From Actinomycetota bacterium (GTDB taxonomy: Bacteria > Actinomycetota > Actinomycetes > JAKEEW01): DNA of 64,000 nucleotides. The translations under genes were made by a program, and so were the position numbers. The notes below the pieces were generated by a model. That model worked only from the letters and a program-made list of their open reading frames with translations. It was not told the origin of the DNA and made no database searches. This document shows, one piece after another, positions 56,163 through 64,000 of the stretch. The stretch is taken from contig JBKPTD010000001.1 in the NCBI GenBank assembly GCA_046735375.1, positions 884 through 64,883 on the forward strand, written 5' to 3'. Position 1 is the first letter of the stretch; each line of letters starts with the position of its first letter.

Positions 56163-58901
56163 CTATGGGAGGGCGATCAGGCCGAATTCCGCGGGGCTCG
56201 CGAGGAGCTTGTGCCACGGCAGGACCCGGACCGTGAAACCCACCTGCCCGGTCTTCAGCAGTGCGACGCTCCCCTCATATCGCCACCGGCCCGACTCGTA
56301 GGCCTCCGCTGGATCCAGGGTCTGGAACATCGGTTCAGTGATGCCGTCGCTGTCGTCGACCCGACCGTACGCCACCTGGACGGCGACATCCTCGGGCGTG
56401 AGATCACCGAGGGACACGAATGCGCGGACCACCAGAGTCGCGCCCACCGACGTCGCGTCCGCGACGCCGTCCGACTCCACGTGATCGACCCGCACGCTCG
56501 GCCAGGCGTGACGGACCCGCCCCTTCCAGTCGGCGAGCACCTTGGCCCCGACGAAGTCGCCGTCGAAGACCGCAGCCACCGAACGCGCCGCAGGGGCGTA
56601 CAGCGTGTGGACGTAGTCGCGCACCATCCGGTCGGCGCCAACCCGTGGTCCCAATGTCCGCAGCGTGTGCCGCACCATCGCGAGCCAGCGCACTGGAAGC
56701 CCCGCGACGTTACGGTCATAGAACTGCGGCGCGACGCGATTTTCGATGATGTCGTACAGGGCAGCCGCCTCGAGGTCGTCCCGCCGATCCGGGTCGTCGA
56801 CACCGCTGGCACTCGGGATCGCCCAGCCGTTCTGCCCGTCGTAGAGCTCGTCCCACCATCCATCCATGATCGAGAGGTTGAGGCAGCCGTTGAGCGCGGC
56901 CTTCATGCCAGATGTACCGCATGCTTCGAGCGGGCGCAGCGGGTTGTTCAACCACACGTCGCACCCGGGATAGAGGGTTTGCGCCATCCCCATGTCGTAG
57001 TTCGGGAGGAAGACGATGCGGTGCCTGACCTCGGGATCGTCCGCGAACCGCACCAAGTTGCGGACGAGCGCCTTCCCACCGTCGTCGGCCGGGTGCGACT
57101 TGCCCGCCACGACGATCTGAATGGGTCTGGTGGGGTGCAGCAGTAGCCGCTTGAGCCGGTCCGGGTCGTTCAACATCAGCGTCAAGCGTTTGTACGATGG
57201 GACGCGCCGGGCGAAGCCGATCGTGAGCACCTCAGGATCGAGCGCCGAGGAGACCCAACCGAGCTCGGCCTCGCTGGCGCCGCGCTGTCGCCAGGACTCC
57301 CGCACCCGCCGCCGCACGTCGTCCACAAGGGCGGCCCGCAGGATCCCGCGCAACCGCCACAGCGCTTCGTCGCGGACGAGCTCCCAGCCCGCGCCGCCAG
57401 CCGTCGGCGGACCGGCATCCGCCTCGCCCGCCGATGACGCATCGCCGTTGACCTCCGGCTCGGTGTACGCGGCGAGTCCGGCCGCGGCCGCCGGGGCGTA
57501 CTCGGCCAGGGTCGTGGTCACCTCCGGCTTGACCCAGGTCGGTGCGTGGACGCCGTTGGTGATCGAACCGATCGGCACCTGGTCCGGGTCGAAGCCCGGC
57601 CACAGGCCTGCGAACATCCCCCTGCTGACCCTGCCGTGCAGCAGACTCACGCCGTTGGCACGCTGCGCCAGCCGCAGCCCCATCACCGCCATGTTGAACA
57701 GATCGGGACTGCCGCCCTCGTAGGTTTCCGCACCCAGCTCGAGGATGCGATCGACCGGTGTGCCTGGCGAGGCGTTATCCCCGCCGAGGTACTGCATGAT
57801 CAACTCGCGCGGAAAACGGTCGATGCCCGCCGGCACCGGCGTGTGGGTGGTGAAGACGGTTCCGGTCCTGACGGCCTCGAGCGCCGTGTCGAAGGACAGG
57901 CCTGCCTCCTCCGTCAGCTCCCTGATCCGCTCCAGCCCGAGGAAGCCGGCGTGGCCCTCGTTGGTGTGAAAGACGATGGGGTCAGGCGTACCGGTCATCT
58001 GGCAATACGCCCGCAGCGCCCGGACACCGCCGATGCCCAGGAGCATCTCCTGAAGCAGCCGGTGCTCCGTACCGCCGCCGTAGAGCTTGTCCGTCACCTC
58101 GCGCTCGCCGAGGCCGTTGTCCTCGATGTCCGAGTCGAGCAGGAGCAGCGGCACCCTGCCGACCTGTGCCTTCCAGATCTGAGCTGCCAGCAGGCGGCCA
58201 CCTGGCAGACCTACCCGGACTCGCAACGGCGCTCCCGCGGCGTCCCGCAGCAACGCCAGCGGGAGCGCATACGGGTCGATCAGCGGGTAGTGCTCGATCT
58301 GCCAGCCGTCCGCCGACAGGGTTTGCCGGAAATACCCACGACGATAGAGCAGACCGACTCCGATGATCGGTACGCCCAGATCGCTGGCCGCCTTGAGGTG
58401 ATCGCCCGCGAGGATTCCGAGTCCGCCCGAGTACTGCGGCATGGCGGCAGTGATCCCGAACTCTGGTGAAAAGTAGGCGATCGATTCGGGCGGAACAGAC
58501 GAGGCTTGCGATCCGGCAGCGCTGCCCTCGGCCGCCGCTGAATCGGCGTCGGCTGCATCGGCACCGCCACCCTGGTCCGGGCCTAGCTCCTCGCTGGTTC
58601 CAGCGAGGTACTGATACCACCTCGGGGCGGTGAGGTAGGTGGCCAGGTCAGCTGCAGCCGCGTCGAGCCGCTCCCTGAATTCCGGATCCACCGCAAGCTG
58701 GTCGAGCCGGTCCGAAGAGAGCTCGCCGAGCAGCCGGATCGGGTCACGCCTGACCCGCTCCCAGACCTCGGGGTCCGCTGCCGCGAATAGCTCGCGCGTC
58801 GGCGCGTGCCACGACCACCTGAGGTTCATGGCGAGCTCGCCAAGGGCCGTCAGCGGCTCGGGCAGAACAGCCTGGACGGTGAATCGACGAAGGGCTCTCA
58901 C
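56163..58901 (-). CDS. glgP: alpha-1,4-glucan (glycogen/maltodextrin) phosphorylase
   Basis: 912 aa. The GT35 family PLP-binding region and the actinobacterial GlgP N-terminus (LRWSWH…) are present. Confidence 0.9.
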   Translation of the reverse strand: MRALRRFTVQAVLPEPLTALGELAMNLRWSWHAPTRELFAAADPEVWERVRRDPIRLLGELSSDRLDQLAVDPEFRERLDAAAADLATYLTAPRWYQYLAGTSEELGPDQGGGADAADADSAAAEGSAAGSQASSVPPESIAYFSPEFGITAAMPQYSGGLGILAGDHLKAASDLGVPIIGVGLLYRRGYFRQTLSADGWQIEHYPLIDPYALPLALLRDAAGAPLRVRVGLPGGRLLAAQIWKAQVGRVPLLLLDSDIEDNGLGEREVTDKLYGGGTEHRLLQEMLLGIGGVRALRAYCQMTGTPDPIVFHTNEGHAGFLGLERIRELTEEAGLSFDTALEAVRTGTVFTTHTPVPAGIDRFPRELIMQYLGGDNASPGTPVDRILELGAETYEGGSPDLFNMAVMGLRLAQRANGVSLLHGRVSRGMFAGLWPGFDPDQVPIGSITNGVHAPTWVKPEVTTTLAEYAPAAAAGLAAYTEPEVNGDASSAGEADAGPPTAGGAGWELVRDEALWRLRGILRAALVDDVRRRVRESWRQRGASEAELGWVSSALDPEVLTIGFARRVPSYKRLTLMLNDPDRLKRLLLHPTRPIQIVVAGKSHPADDGGKALVRNLVRFADDPEVRHRIVFLPNYDMGMAQTLYPGCDVWLNNPLRPLEACGTSGMKAALNGCLNLSIMDGWWDELYDGQNGWAIPSASGVDDPDRRDDLEAAALYDIIENRVAPQFYDRNVAGLPVRWLAMVRHTLRTLGPRVGADRMVRDYVHTLYAPAARSVAAVFDGDFVGAKVLADWKGRVRHAWPSVRVDHVESDGVADATSVGATLVVRAFVSLGDLTPEDVAVQVAYGRVDDSDGITEPMFQTLDPAEAYESGRWRYEGSVALLKTGQVGFTVRVLPWHKLLASPAEFGLIALP

Positions 58902-59008
58902 GGTGAGGCACCCTAACCCGTCAACGTCCCAGCCCGCTGGTCGTGCTCTTGTACGACAGGGCTTCGCGGGTTGCCGGGACGCACTTGGGTAGGTTCGTTC
59001 AGGTGAGG

Positions 59009-61090
59009 ATGGGGCGCATTCCGATCACCGATGTCCAGCCCGCAGTCGACTGCGGACGTCGCCCGGCGAAAGCGGTGCCCGGGGAGACGGTCCGCGTCAG
59101 CGCTTTCGTGTTTCGCGAGGGTCATGACGCGGTCAACTGCAACGTCGTTCTACGAGATCCGGATGGCCGGCGAGGGCCGTACACGCCCATGCGTCCCGGT
59201 GCGCCAGGCACCGATCGCTGGTACGCCGACATCGTCCCCGACCGCCCCGGGCTGTGGTCGTACGCGATCGAGGGTTGGTCCGACCCGATGGCGACCTGGC
59301 GGCATGCCGCGGTGGCGAAGATCTCGGCGGCCGAGGGCGGTGTGATCGCCGGTGGAGTCGCTCAGGTCACTGAGCAGGACGTCGAGCTGACCCTCGAGGA
59401 GGGGGCGAAGATCTTCGAGCGCGCGGCCTCCACCGTCGCTCCCCGCCACAGTGCCATGGTCAAGGACGTCATCATCGCGCTGCGGGATCGGTCCCGGCCG
59501 GCACCGGCTCGGCTGGCGGCTGCGACCGCGCCCGAGGTGAGCGCCCTCCTCGCGGACAACCCACTGCGTGATCGGGTCACCAGCTCCTCCCGGTACGCGT
59601 TGCAGGTCGACAGGAAGCTGGCACTCTTCGGCAGTTGGTACGAGTTCTTCCCTCGCTCGGAGGGAGCGCGGTACGACGAGCGGGCCCAGGCCTGGCGGTC
59701 CGGGACCTTCGGCACAGCGGCGAAGCGACTGCCCGCCATAGCGGCGATGGGGTTCGACGTCGTCTACCTGCCGCCGATCCATCCGATCGGCACCGCGCAC
59801 CGCAAGGGCAGGAACAACACGCTCGTCACCGAACCGGACGATCCCGGCTCGCCGTGGGCGATCGGCGGGCCAGACGGCGGCCATGACGCTATTCACCCCG
59901 ATCTTGGAACCTTCGATCACTTCGACGCCTTCGTGGCGGAGGCGGCGAAGCACGGCCTCGAGATCGCGCTGGACTTCGCCTTGCAATGCTCGCCAGACCA
60001 TCCTTGGGTCAAGGAGCATCCGGAGTGGTTCACGACGCGTGCCGACGGCAGCATCGCCTATGCGGAGAACCCACCGAAGAAGTACCAGGACATCTACCCG
60101 ATCAACTTCGACAGCGATCCGGAAGGCATCTGCGCCGAGGTGGTGCGGATCCTTCGACTGTGGATGTCACACGGAGTGCGTGCGTTCCGGGTCGACAACC
60201 CGCACACCAAACCCCTCGACTTCTGGGAGCGGGTGCTTGCGGATGTCAGGGCGACCGACCCTGACGTGATCTTCCTTTCGGAGGCCTTCACGAGGCCCGC
60301 CATGCTGCGGGGATTGGCGAAGATCGGCTTCCACCAGTCCTACACGTATTTCACCTGGCGCAACAGCAAGGACGAGCTTCAGGCCTATTTGCGTGAACTG
60401 TCGATGGAGACCGCGCATTTCTTGCGCCCGAACTTCTTCGTCAACACGCCGGACATCTTGCACGCCTACCTGCAATATGGCGGCCTGCCGGCGTTCAAGA
60501 TCCGTGCTGTGCTCGCCGCAATGACGTCCCCGGCCTGGGGGGTTTACTCAGGCTACGAACTCCACGAGCATGTCGCCGTACGCCCGGGCAGCGAGGAATA
60601 TCTGGACTCGGAGAAGTACCAGTACAAGCCGCGCGACTGGGATCGGCCCGACTCACTCGCGCCGTACCTCACCAGGCTCAATGAGATCCGCCGCGCTCAT
60701 CCGGCCCTGCACGACCTGCGCAACCTGCGGTTCCACTATGCCGACAACGACGCGATAATGGTCTTCTCCAAACGGTCACGCCCTATGGCCATGGGGGCGG
60801 CCAGGGGCGACAGTCCCGCTCCGAGTTCCCAAGGTTTCGCCGCAGCTGGCGGAGCCCGGTTCGGGCCGGAAGACATCGTGCTGGTCGTGGTCAACCTCGA
60901 TCCGCACGGCACCCGCGAGGCAACCGTCTCGTTGGACATGCCGGAGCTCGGAATGGATTGGCAGGAATCGTTTGCAGTCCACGACGAGGTCACCGGTGCG
61001 ACCTACTGGTGGCGGCAACACAACTACGTCCGGCTCGATCCGTTCGTCGAGCCGGCACACATCTTCACGGTAAGCAGGAACGGCGCATGA
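59009..61090 (+). CDS. glgE: alpha-1,4-glucan:maltose-1-phosphate maltosyltransferase
   Basis: GH13_3 pattern (…FRVDNPHTKP…, …YLPPIHPIGTAHRKGRNN…). Divergent from glgP, as in Mtb Rv1327c/Rv1328. Start moved to ATG 59009. Confidence 0.9.
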   Translation: MGRIPITDVQPAVDCGRRPAKAVPGETVRVSAFVFREGHDAVNCNVVLRDPDGRRGPYTPMRPGAPGTDRWYADIVPDRPGLWSYAIEGWSDPMATWRHAAVAKISAAEGGVIAGGVAQVTEQDVELTLEEGAKIFERAASTVAPRHSAMVKDVIIALRDRSRPAPARLAAATAPEVSALLADNPLRDRVTSSSRYALQVDRKLALFGSWYEFFPRSEGARYDERAQAWRSGTFGTAAKRLPAIAAMGFDVVYLPPIHPIGTAHRKGRNNTLVTEPDDPGSPWAIGGPDGGHDAIHPDLGTFDHFDAFVAEAAKHGLEIALDFALQCSPDHPWVKEHPEWFTTRADGSIAYAENPPKKYQDIYPINFDSDPEGICAEVVRILRLWMSHGVRAFRVDNPHTKPLDFWERVLADVRATDPDVIFLSEAFTRPAMLRGLAKIGFHQSYTYFTWRNSKDELQAYLRELSMETAHFLRPNFFVNTPDILHAYLQYGGLPAFKIRAVLAAMTSPAWGVYSGYELHEHVAVRPGSEEYLDSEKYQYKPRDWDRPDSLAPYLTRLNEIRRAHPALHDLRNLRFHYADNDAIMVFSKRSRPMAMGAARGDSPAPSSQGFAAAGGARFGPEDIVLVVVNLDPHGTREATVSLDMPELGMDWQESFAVHDEVTGATYWWRQHNYVRLDPFVEPAHIFTVSRNGA

Positions 61091-61157
61091 GTGAGCGTCA
61101 GCGAGCGGATGAGGGTCATCGAGCCAGGGCTGGTGCGGCGACGAGTCTGGGGGTCGG

Positions 61158-63035
61158 GTGAGCGCAGATGTAGCGAGGGGCGGGCCTCCCAGAACGGCCA
61201 AGCAGAACACGACCGGGGTCGAGGTGAAGACGGCCCCGGCCGCCGCGAGCACACCCCGCGGCGCGGGCGCTGGCGCTCGTACGTCGATAGCGGATGCGGC
61301 GACCTGGACGCGGCCTGAGGTGGCCGAGCCGACAGTGTCGGCTGGCGTCGGCATCGATCCGTTCGCCGATGTCTCCGAGGCGGAGCGAGACCCGCAGTGG
61401 TTCAAGCGCGCGGTCTTCTATGAGGTGCTCGTCCGGTCGTTCAACGACTCGAACGGCGACGGCCAGGGCGACCTGCCTGGCCTCACCGCCAAGCTGGACT
61501 ACCTCGCCTGGCTCGGCGTGGACTGCCTCTGGCTGCCGCCCTTCTATACCTCGCCAATGCGTGACGGAGGCTACGACGTCTCGAGCTCCACAGCGATCCA
61601 GCCTGAGTTCGGCACGCTCTCGGATTTCGTCGAGTTCGTCGATGAGGTGCATCGCCGTGGCATGCGGGTGATCATCGACTTCGTCATGAACCATACGAGC
61701 GACCAGCATCCGTGGTTCCAGGCGTCCCGTGAGGACCCGCAAGGTCCGTACGGCGACTTCTATGTCTGGCGAGACGATGACAAGGGCTACTCAGACGCTC
61801 GGGTTATCTTCGTCGACACCGAAACGTCGAACTGGACCTACGACCCAGTACGCCGGCAGTACTTCTGGCATCGCTTCTTTTCCCATCAGCCCGACCTGAA
61901 CTACGACAACCCGCAGGTCCAGGAGGCTGTTGTGGAGGCATTGCGGTTCTGGCTTGACCTCGGTATAGACGGCTTCAGGCTTGATGCCGTGCCTTACCTG
62001 TTCGAGGAGGAGGGCACGAACTGCGAGAACCTGCCAGCCACCCATGAGCTCCTCAAGCGGATCAGGGCCGAGGTGGACCGGCTCTATCCCGACCGAGTCC
62101 TGCTCGCGGAGGCCAACCAGTGGCCTGGCGATGTCGTCGACTACTTCGGAGACGCAGTCGAGGGCGACGAGTGTCACATGGCCTTCCACTTCCCGGTGAT
62201 GCCACGGATCTTCATGGCGGTTCGCAGGGAATCGCGCTATCCGATTTCGGAAATCATGGCGCAGACGCCGGAGATCCCACCGAACTGCCAGTGGGGCATT
62301 TTCCTGCGCAACCATGACGAGCTGACACTCGAAATGGTCACCGACGAAGAGCGCGACTACATGTGGGCGGAATATGCCAAGGATCCGCGGATGAAGGCGA
62401 ATATCGGTATACGCCGCAGGCTCGCTCCGCTGCTCGAGAACGACCGCAACCAGCTCGAGCTATTTACCGCGCTCTTGCTTTCGCTGCCCGGCTCGCCGGT
62501 CCTGTACTACGGTGACGAGATCGGCATGGGCGACAACATCTGGCTAGGCGACCGCGACGGTGTCCGCACCCCGATGCATTGGACGCCTGACCGCAACGCA
62601 GGATTCTCGACCTGCGACCCGGGGCGCCTTTTCCTCCCAGTGATCATGGACCCGGTGTACGGCTACCAGGCGCTGAACGTTGAGGCAGAGCTGCGAAACT
62701 CGACCTCGTTCCTGCACTGGACGCGCCGCATGGTCGAGGTGCGCAAGCAGAATCCCGCTTTTGGGCTCGGCTCGTTCACGGACCTCGGAGGCAGCAACCC
62801 GAGCGTGCTCGCCTACGTCAGAGAGTTTGGCGACGATCTCGTGCTCTGCGTGAACAATCTCTCCCGCTTTGCGCAACCGGTCGAGCTCGACTTGCGTAAA
62901 TGGGAAGGGATCGAGCCGGTAGAGCTGCTCGGCGGCGTGCGCTTCCCGCGGATCGGCGAGCTGCCATACCTGCTCACGATTGCTGGCCACGGTTTCTATT
63001 GGTTCCGGCTGCCGAGGGAAAGCCATACCCCATGA
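61158..63035 (+). CDS. treS: trehalose synthase / maltose alpha-D-glucosyltransferase
   Basis: Near-collinear with mycobacterial TreS ([15 protein letters not shown]…[11 protein letters not shown]…[20 protein letters not shown]…). The N-terminal 80 aa is an extension, so the true start may be an internal GTG. Confidence 0.9.
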   Translation: MSADVARGGPPRTAKQNTTGVEVKTAPAAASTPRGAGAGARTSIADAATWTRPEVAEPTVSAGVGIDPFADVSEAERDPQWFKRAVFYEVLVRSFNDSNGDGQGDLPGLTAKLDYLAWLGVDCLWLPPFYTSPMRDGGYDVSSSTAIQPEFGTLSDFVEFVDEVHRRGMRVIIDFVMNHTSDQHPWFQASREDPQGPYGDFYVWRDDDKGYSDARVIFVDTETSNWTYDPVRRQYFWHRFFSHQPDLNYDNPQVQEAVVEALRFWLDLGIDGFRLDAVPYLFEEEGTNCENLPATHELLKRIRAEVDRLYPDRVLLAEANQWPGDVVDYFGDAVEGDECHMAFHFPVMPRIFMAVRRESRYPISEIMAQTPEIPPNCQWGIFLRNHDELTLEMVTDEERDYMWAEYAKDPRMKANIGIRRRLAPLLENDRNQLELFTALLLSLPGSPVLYYGDEIGMGDNIWLGDRDGVRTPMHWTPDRNAGFSTCDPGRLFLPVIMDPVYGYQALNVEAELRNSTSFLHWTRRMVEVRKQNPAFGLGSFTDLGGSNPSVLAYVREFGDDLVLCVNNLSRFAQPVELDLRKWEGIEPVELLGGVRFPRIGELPYLLTIAGHGFYWFRLPRESHTP

Positions 63036-64000
63036 CTGAACGGGCGCTCGACCCGAACGCACTCACGGAGATCCTGCGTGAATGGCTGCCACGGCAACGT
63101 TGGTACGCGGCAAAAGGTCGAGATGTCCAAAACCTCGCGGTCAGCTCCTACGACGTTCTCGCTGGCGGTGAACCAGCGCTGCACCACGCGATCGTGCGTG
63201 TCGATGGCGATAACTATCAGCTCTTCCTTGGCCTGCAAGGCGGGGAGGTGCCACATCGGATCGAGCACGCGGTCCTCGGCTGGCTGCCCGTCGACGACGG
63301 ACGGATGGTCGCGGTCTATGACGCGCTGCACGATACGGAGCTGACCACCATCTTGCTCCAGCGGCTCACTCGGCTACCCGATGCGGTCGTGCCGAGCAAC
63401 CTGCAATCACTTGTGGTGCAGTCCGAACAGTCCAACACCTCGCTCATCTTCGGCGACGAGCTGATCCTCAAGGTGTTCCGGCGCATCTCCCCTGGGATCA
63501 ACCCCGACTTCGAGGTAACCACCGCGTTGGCTCGCCGGGGGTGCAAGCGCATCCCGCGCCCACTCGCCTACCTCGACACATCGGTCGAAGGGGAGCCGAC
63601 CACTGCGGCGATTCTCACCGAGTACCTGCGTACTGCGGTGGACGGCTGGGAACTGGCCAAGACCAGCGTTCGCGATCTGTTCGCGGAGGCCGATCTGCAT
63701 GCGGACGAGGTCGGCGGGGACTTCGCGAGTGAGGCGTACCGCCTCGGCCAGGCCACGGCCGAAGTACACGCCGACCTGGCCGCGGCGTTGGCGACCGTTA
63801 CCTTCGATTCGTCCGAACTCAGCGGCATCGCGGCCGGGATGCACAAGCGACTGTCCGCGGCGGTGGCAGAGGTGCCAGACCTCGCCCCGTATGCAGAAAC
63901 CTTCAGCGCCACCTACGACGCACTCGCCCACAGACCGGCGACCGCCGAACCGATCCCGGCACAACGGATCCACGGTGACCTGCACCTGGGGCAGGCGCTT
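63032..64000 (+). CDS. maltokinase (Mak/Pep2), 3'-truncated by window end
   Basis: The ATG overlaps the treS stop (ATGA). It is not in the ORF track because the frame is open at the window edge. It matches Mtb Mak ([55 protein letters not shown]). Confidence 0.8.
   Translation, partial: MTERALDPNALTEILREWLPRQRWYAAKGRDVQNLAVSSYDVLAGGEPALHHAIVRVDGDNYQLFLGLQGGEVPHRIEHAVLGWLPVDDGRMVAVYDALHDTELTTILLQRLTRLPDAVVPSNLQSLVVQSEQSNTSLIFGDELILKVFRRISPGINPDFEVTTALARRGCKRIPRPLAYLDTSVEGEPTTAAILTEYLRTAVDGWELAKTSVRDLFAEADLHADEVGGDFASEAYRLGQATAEVHADLAAALATVTFDSSELSGIAAGMHKRLSAAVAEVPDLAPYAETFSATYDALAHRPATAEPIPAQRIHGDLHLGQAL

Noticed and set aside
63078-63344. 88-aa plus-strand ORF after treS
   Set aside because: It is out of frame relative to the maltokinase reading frame, which has strong Mak homology starting at 63032.

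Overview
This 64-kb window is high-GC (roughly 70%) actinobacterial chromosome. It looks like conserved core genome: I saw no transposase, integrase, phage genes, cas genes or CRISPR array. Gene order largely follows the Mycobacterium tuberculosis Rv2992c-Rv3039c region, which I recall from knowledge of that genome rather than compute.

The window contains, in order:
- a pentapeptide-repeat protein, then tRNA-Glu and tRNA-Gln downstream of gltX, and an FAH-family hydrolase;
- a consolidated branched-chain amino-acid block: a CimA/LeuA-family synthase, ilvE, leuB, serA, ilvC, ilvN, ilvB and ilvD;
- gatCAB, ligA, a MetE-like protein, mnmA, a cysteine desulfurase and etfBA;
- a hexapeptide acyltransferase, a SAM methyltransferase and a crotonase, in the same order as the corresponding flank of the Mtb methylglucose-lipopolysaccharide (MGLP) locus, plus a membrane glycosyltransferase-like protein;
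- an alpha-glucan block: glgX, glgP divergent from glgE, then treS and a partial maltokinase.

Accessory-looking modules are:
- an AfsR-like SARP regulator convergent with a DrrAB-like ABC exporter;
- a secreted M15/LAS peptidase next to an ABC exporter and a NarL-type two-component system;
- a SigL-like ECF sigma factor with a zinc-binding anti-sigma factor;
- a PrsW protease next to a membrane-anchored PASTA-like protein;
- a MoaD/CysO-like carrier next to a BNR-repeat protein.

The observations I think most worth a second look are:
1. a leader peptide with three consecutive isoleucine codons followed by an intrinsic terminator immediately upstream of the CimA/LeuA-family synthase, which reads as an Ile attenuator;
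2. a classic ilvB leader peptide ([13 protein letters not shown]) with its terminator;
3. two copies of a roughly 95-bp element with long terminal inverted repeats in an unusually long non-coding serA-ilvC gap;
4. a TGTCAGC heptamer cluster with a perfect palindrome in the divergent promoter region next to the SARP-adjacent transporter;
5. duplicated 37-bp and 21-bp direct repeats around the gene downstream of the SigL-like operon.

Start codons were refined by hand from RBS and homology and may be off by one codon. Many long GC-driven antisense or out-of-frame ORFs in the six-frame track were discarded.
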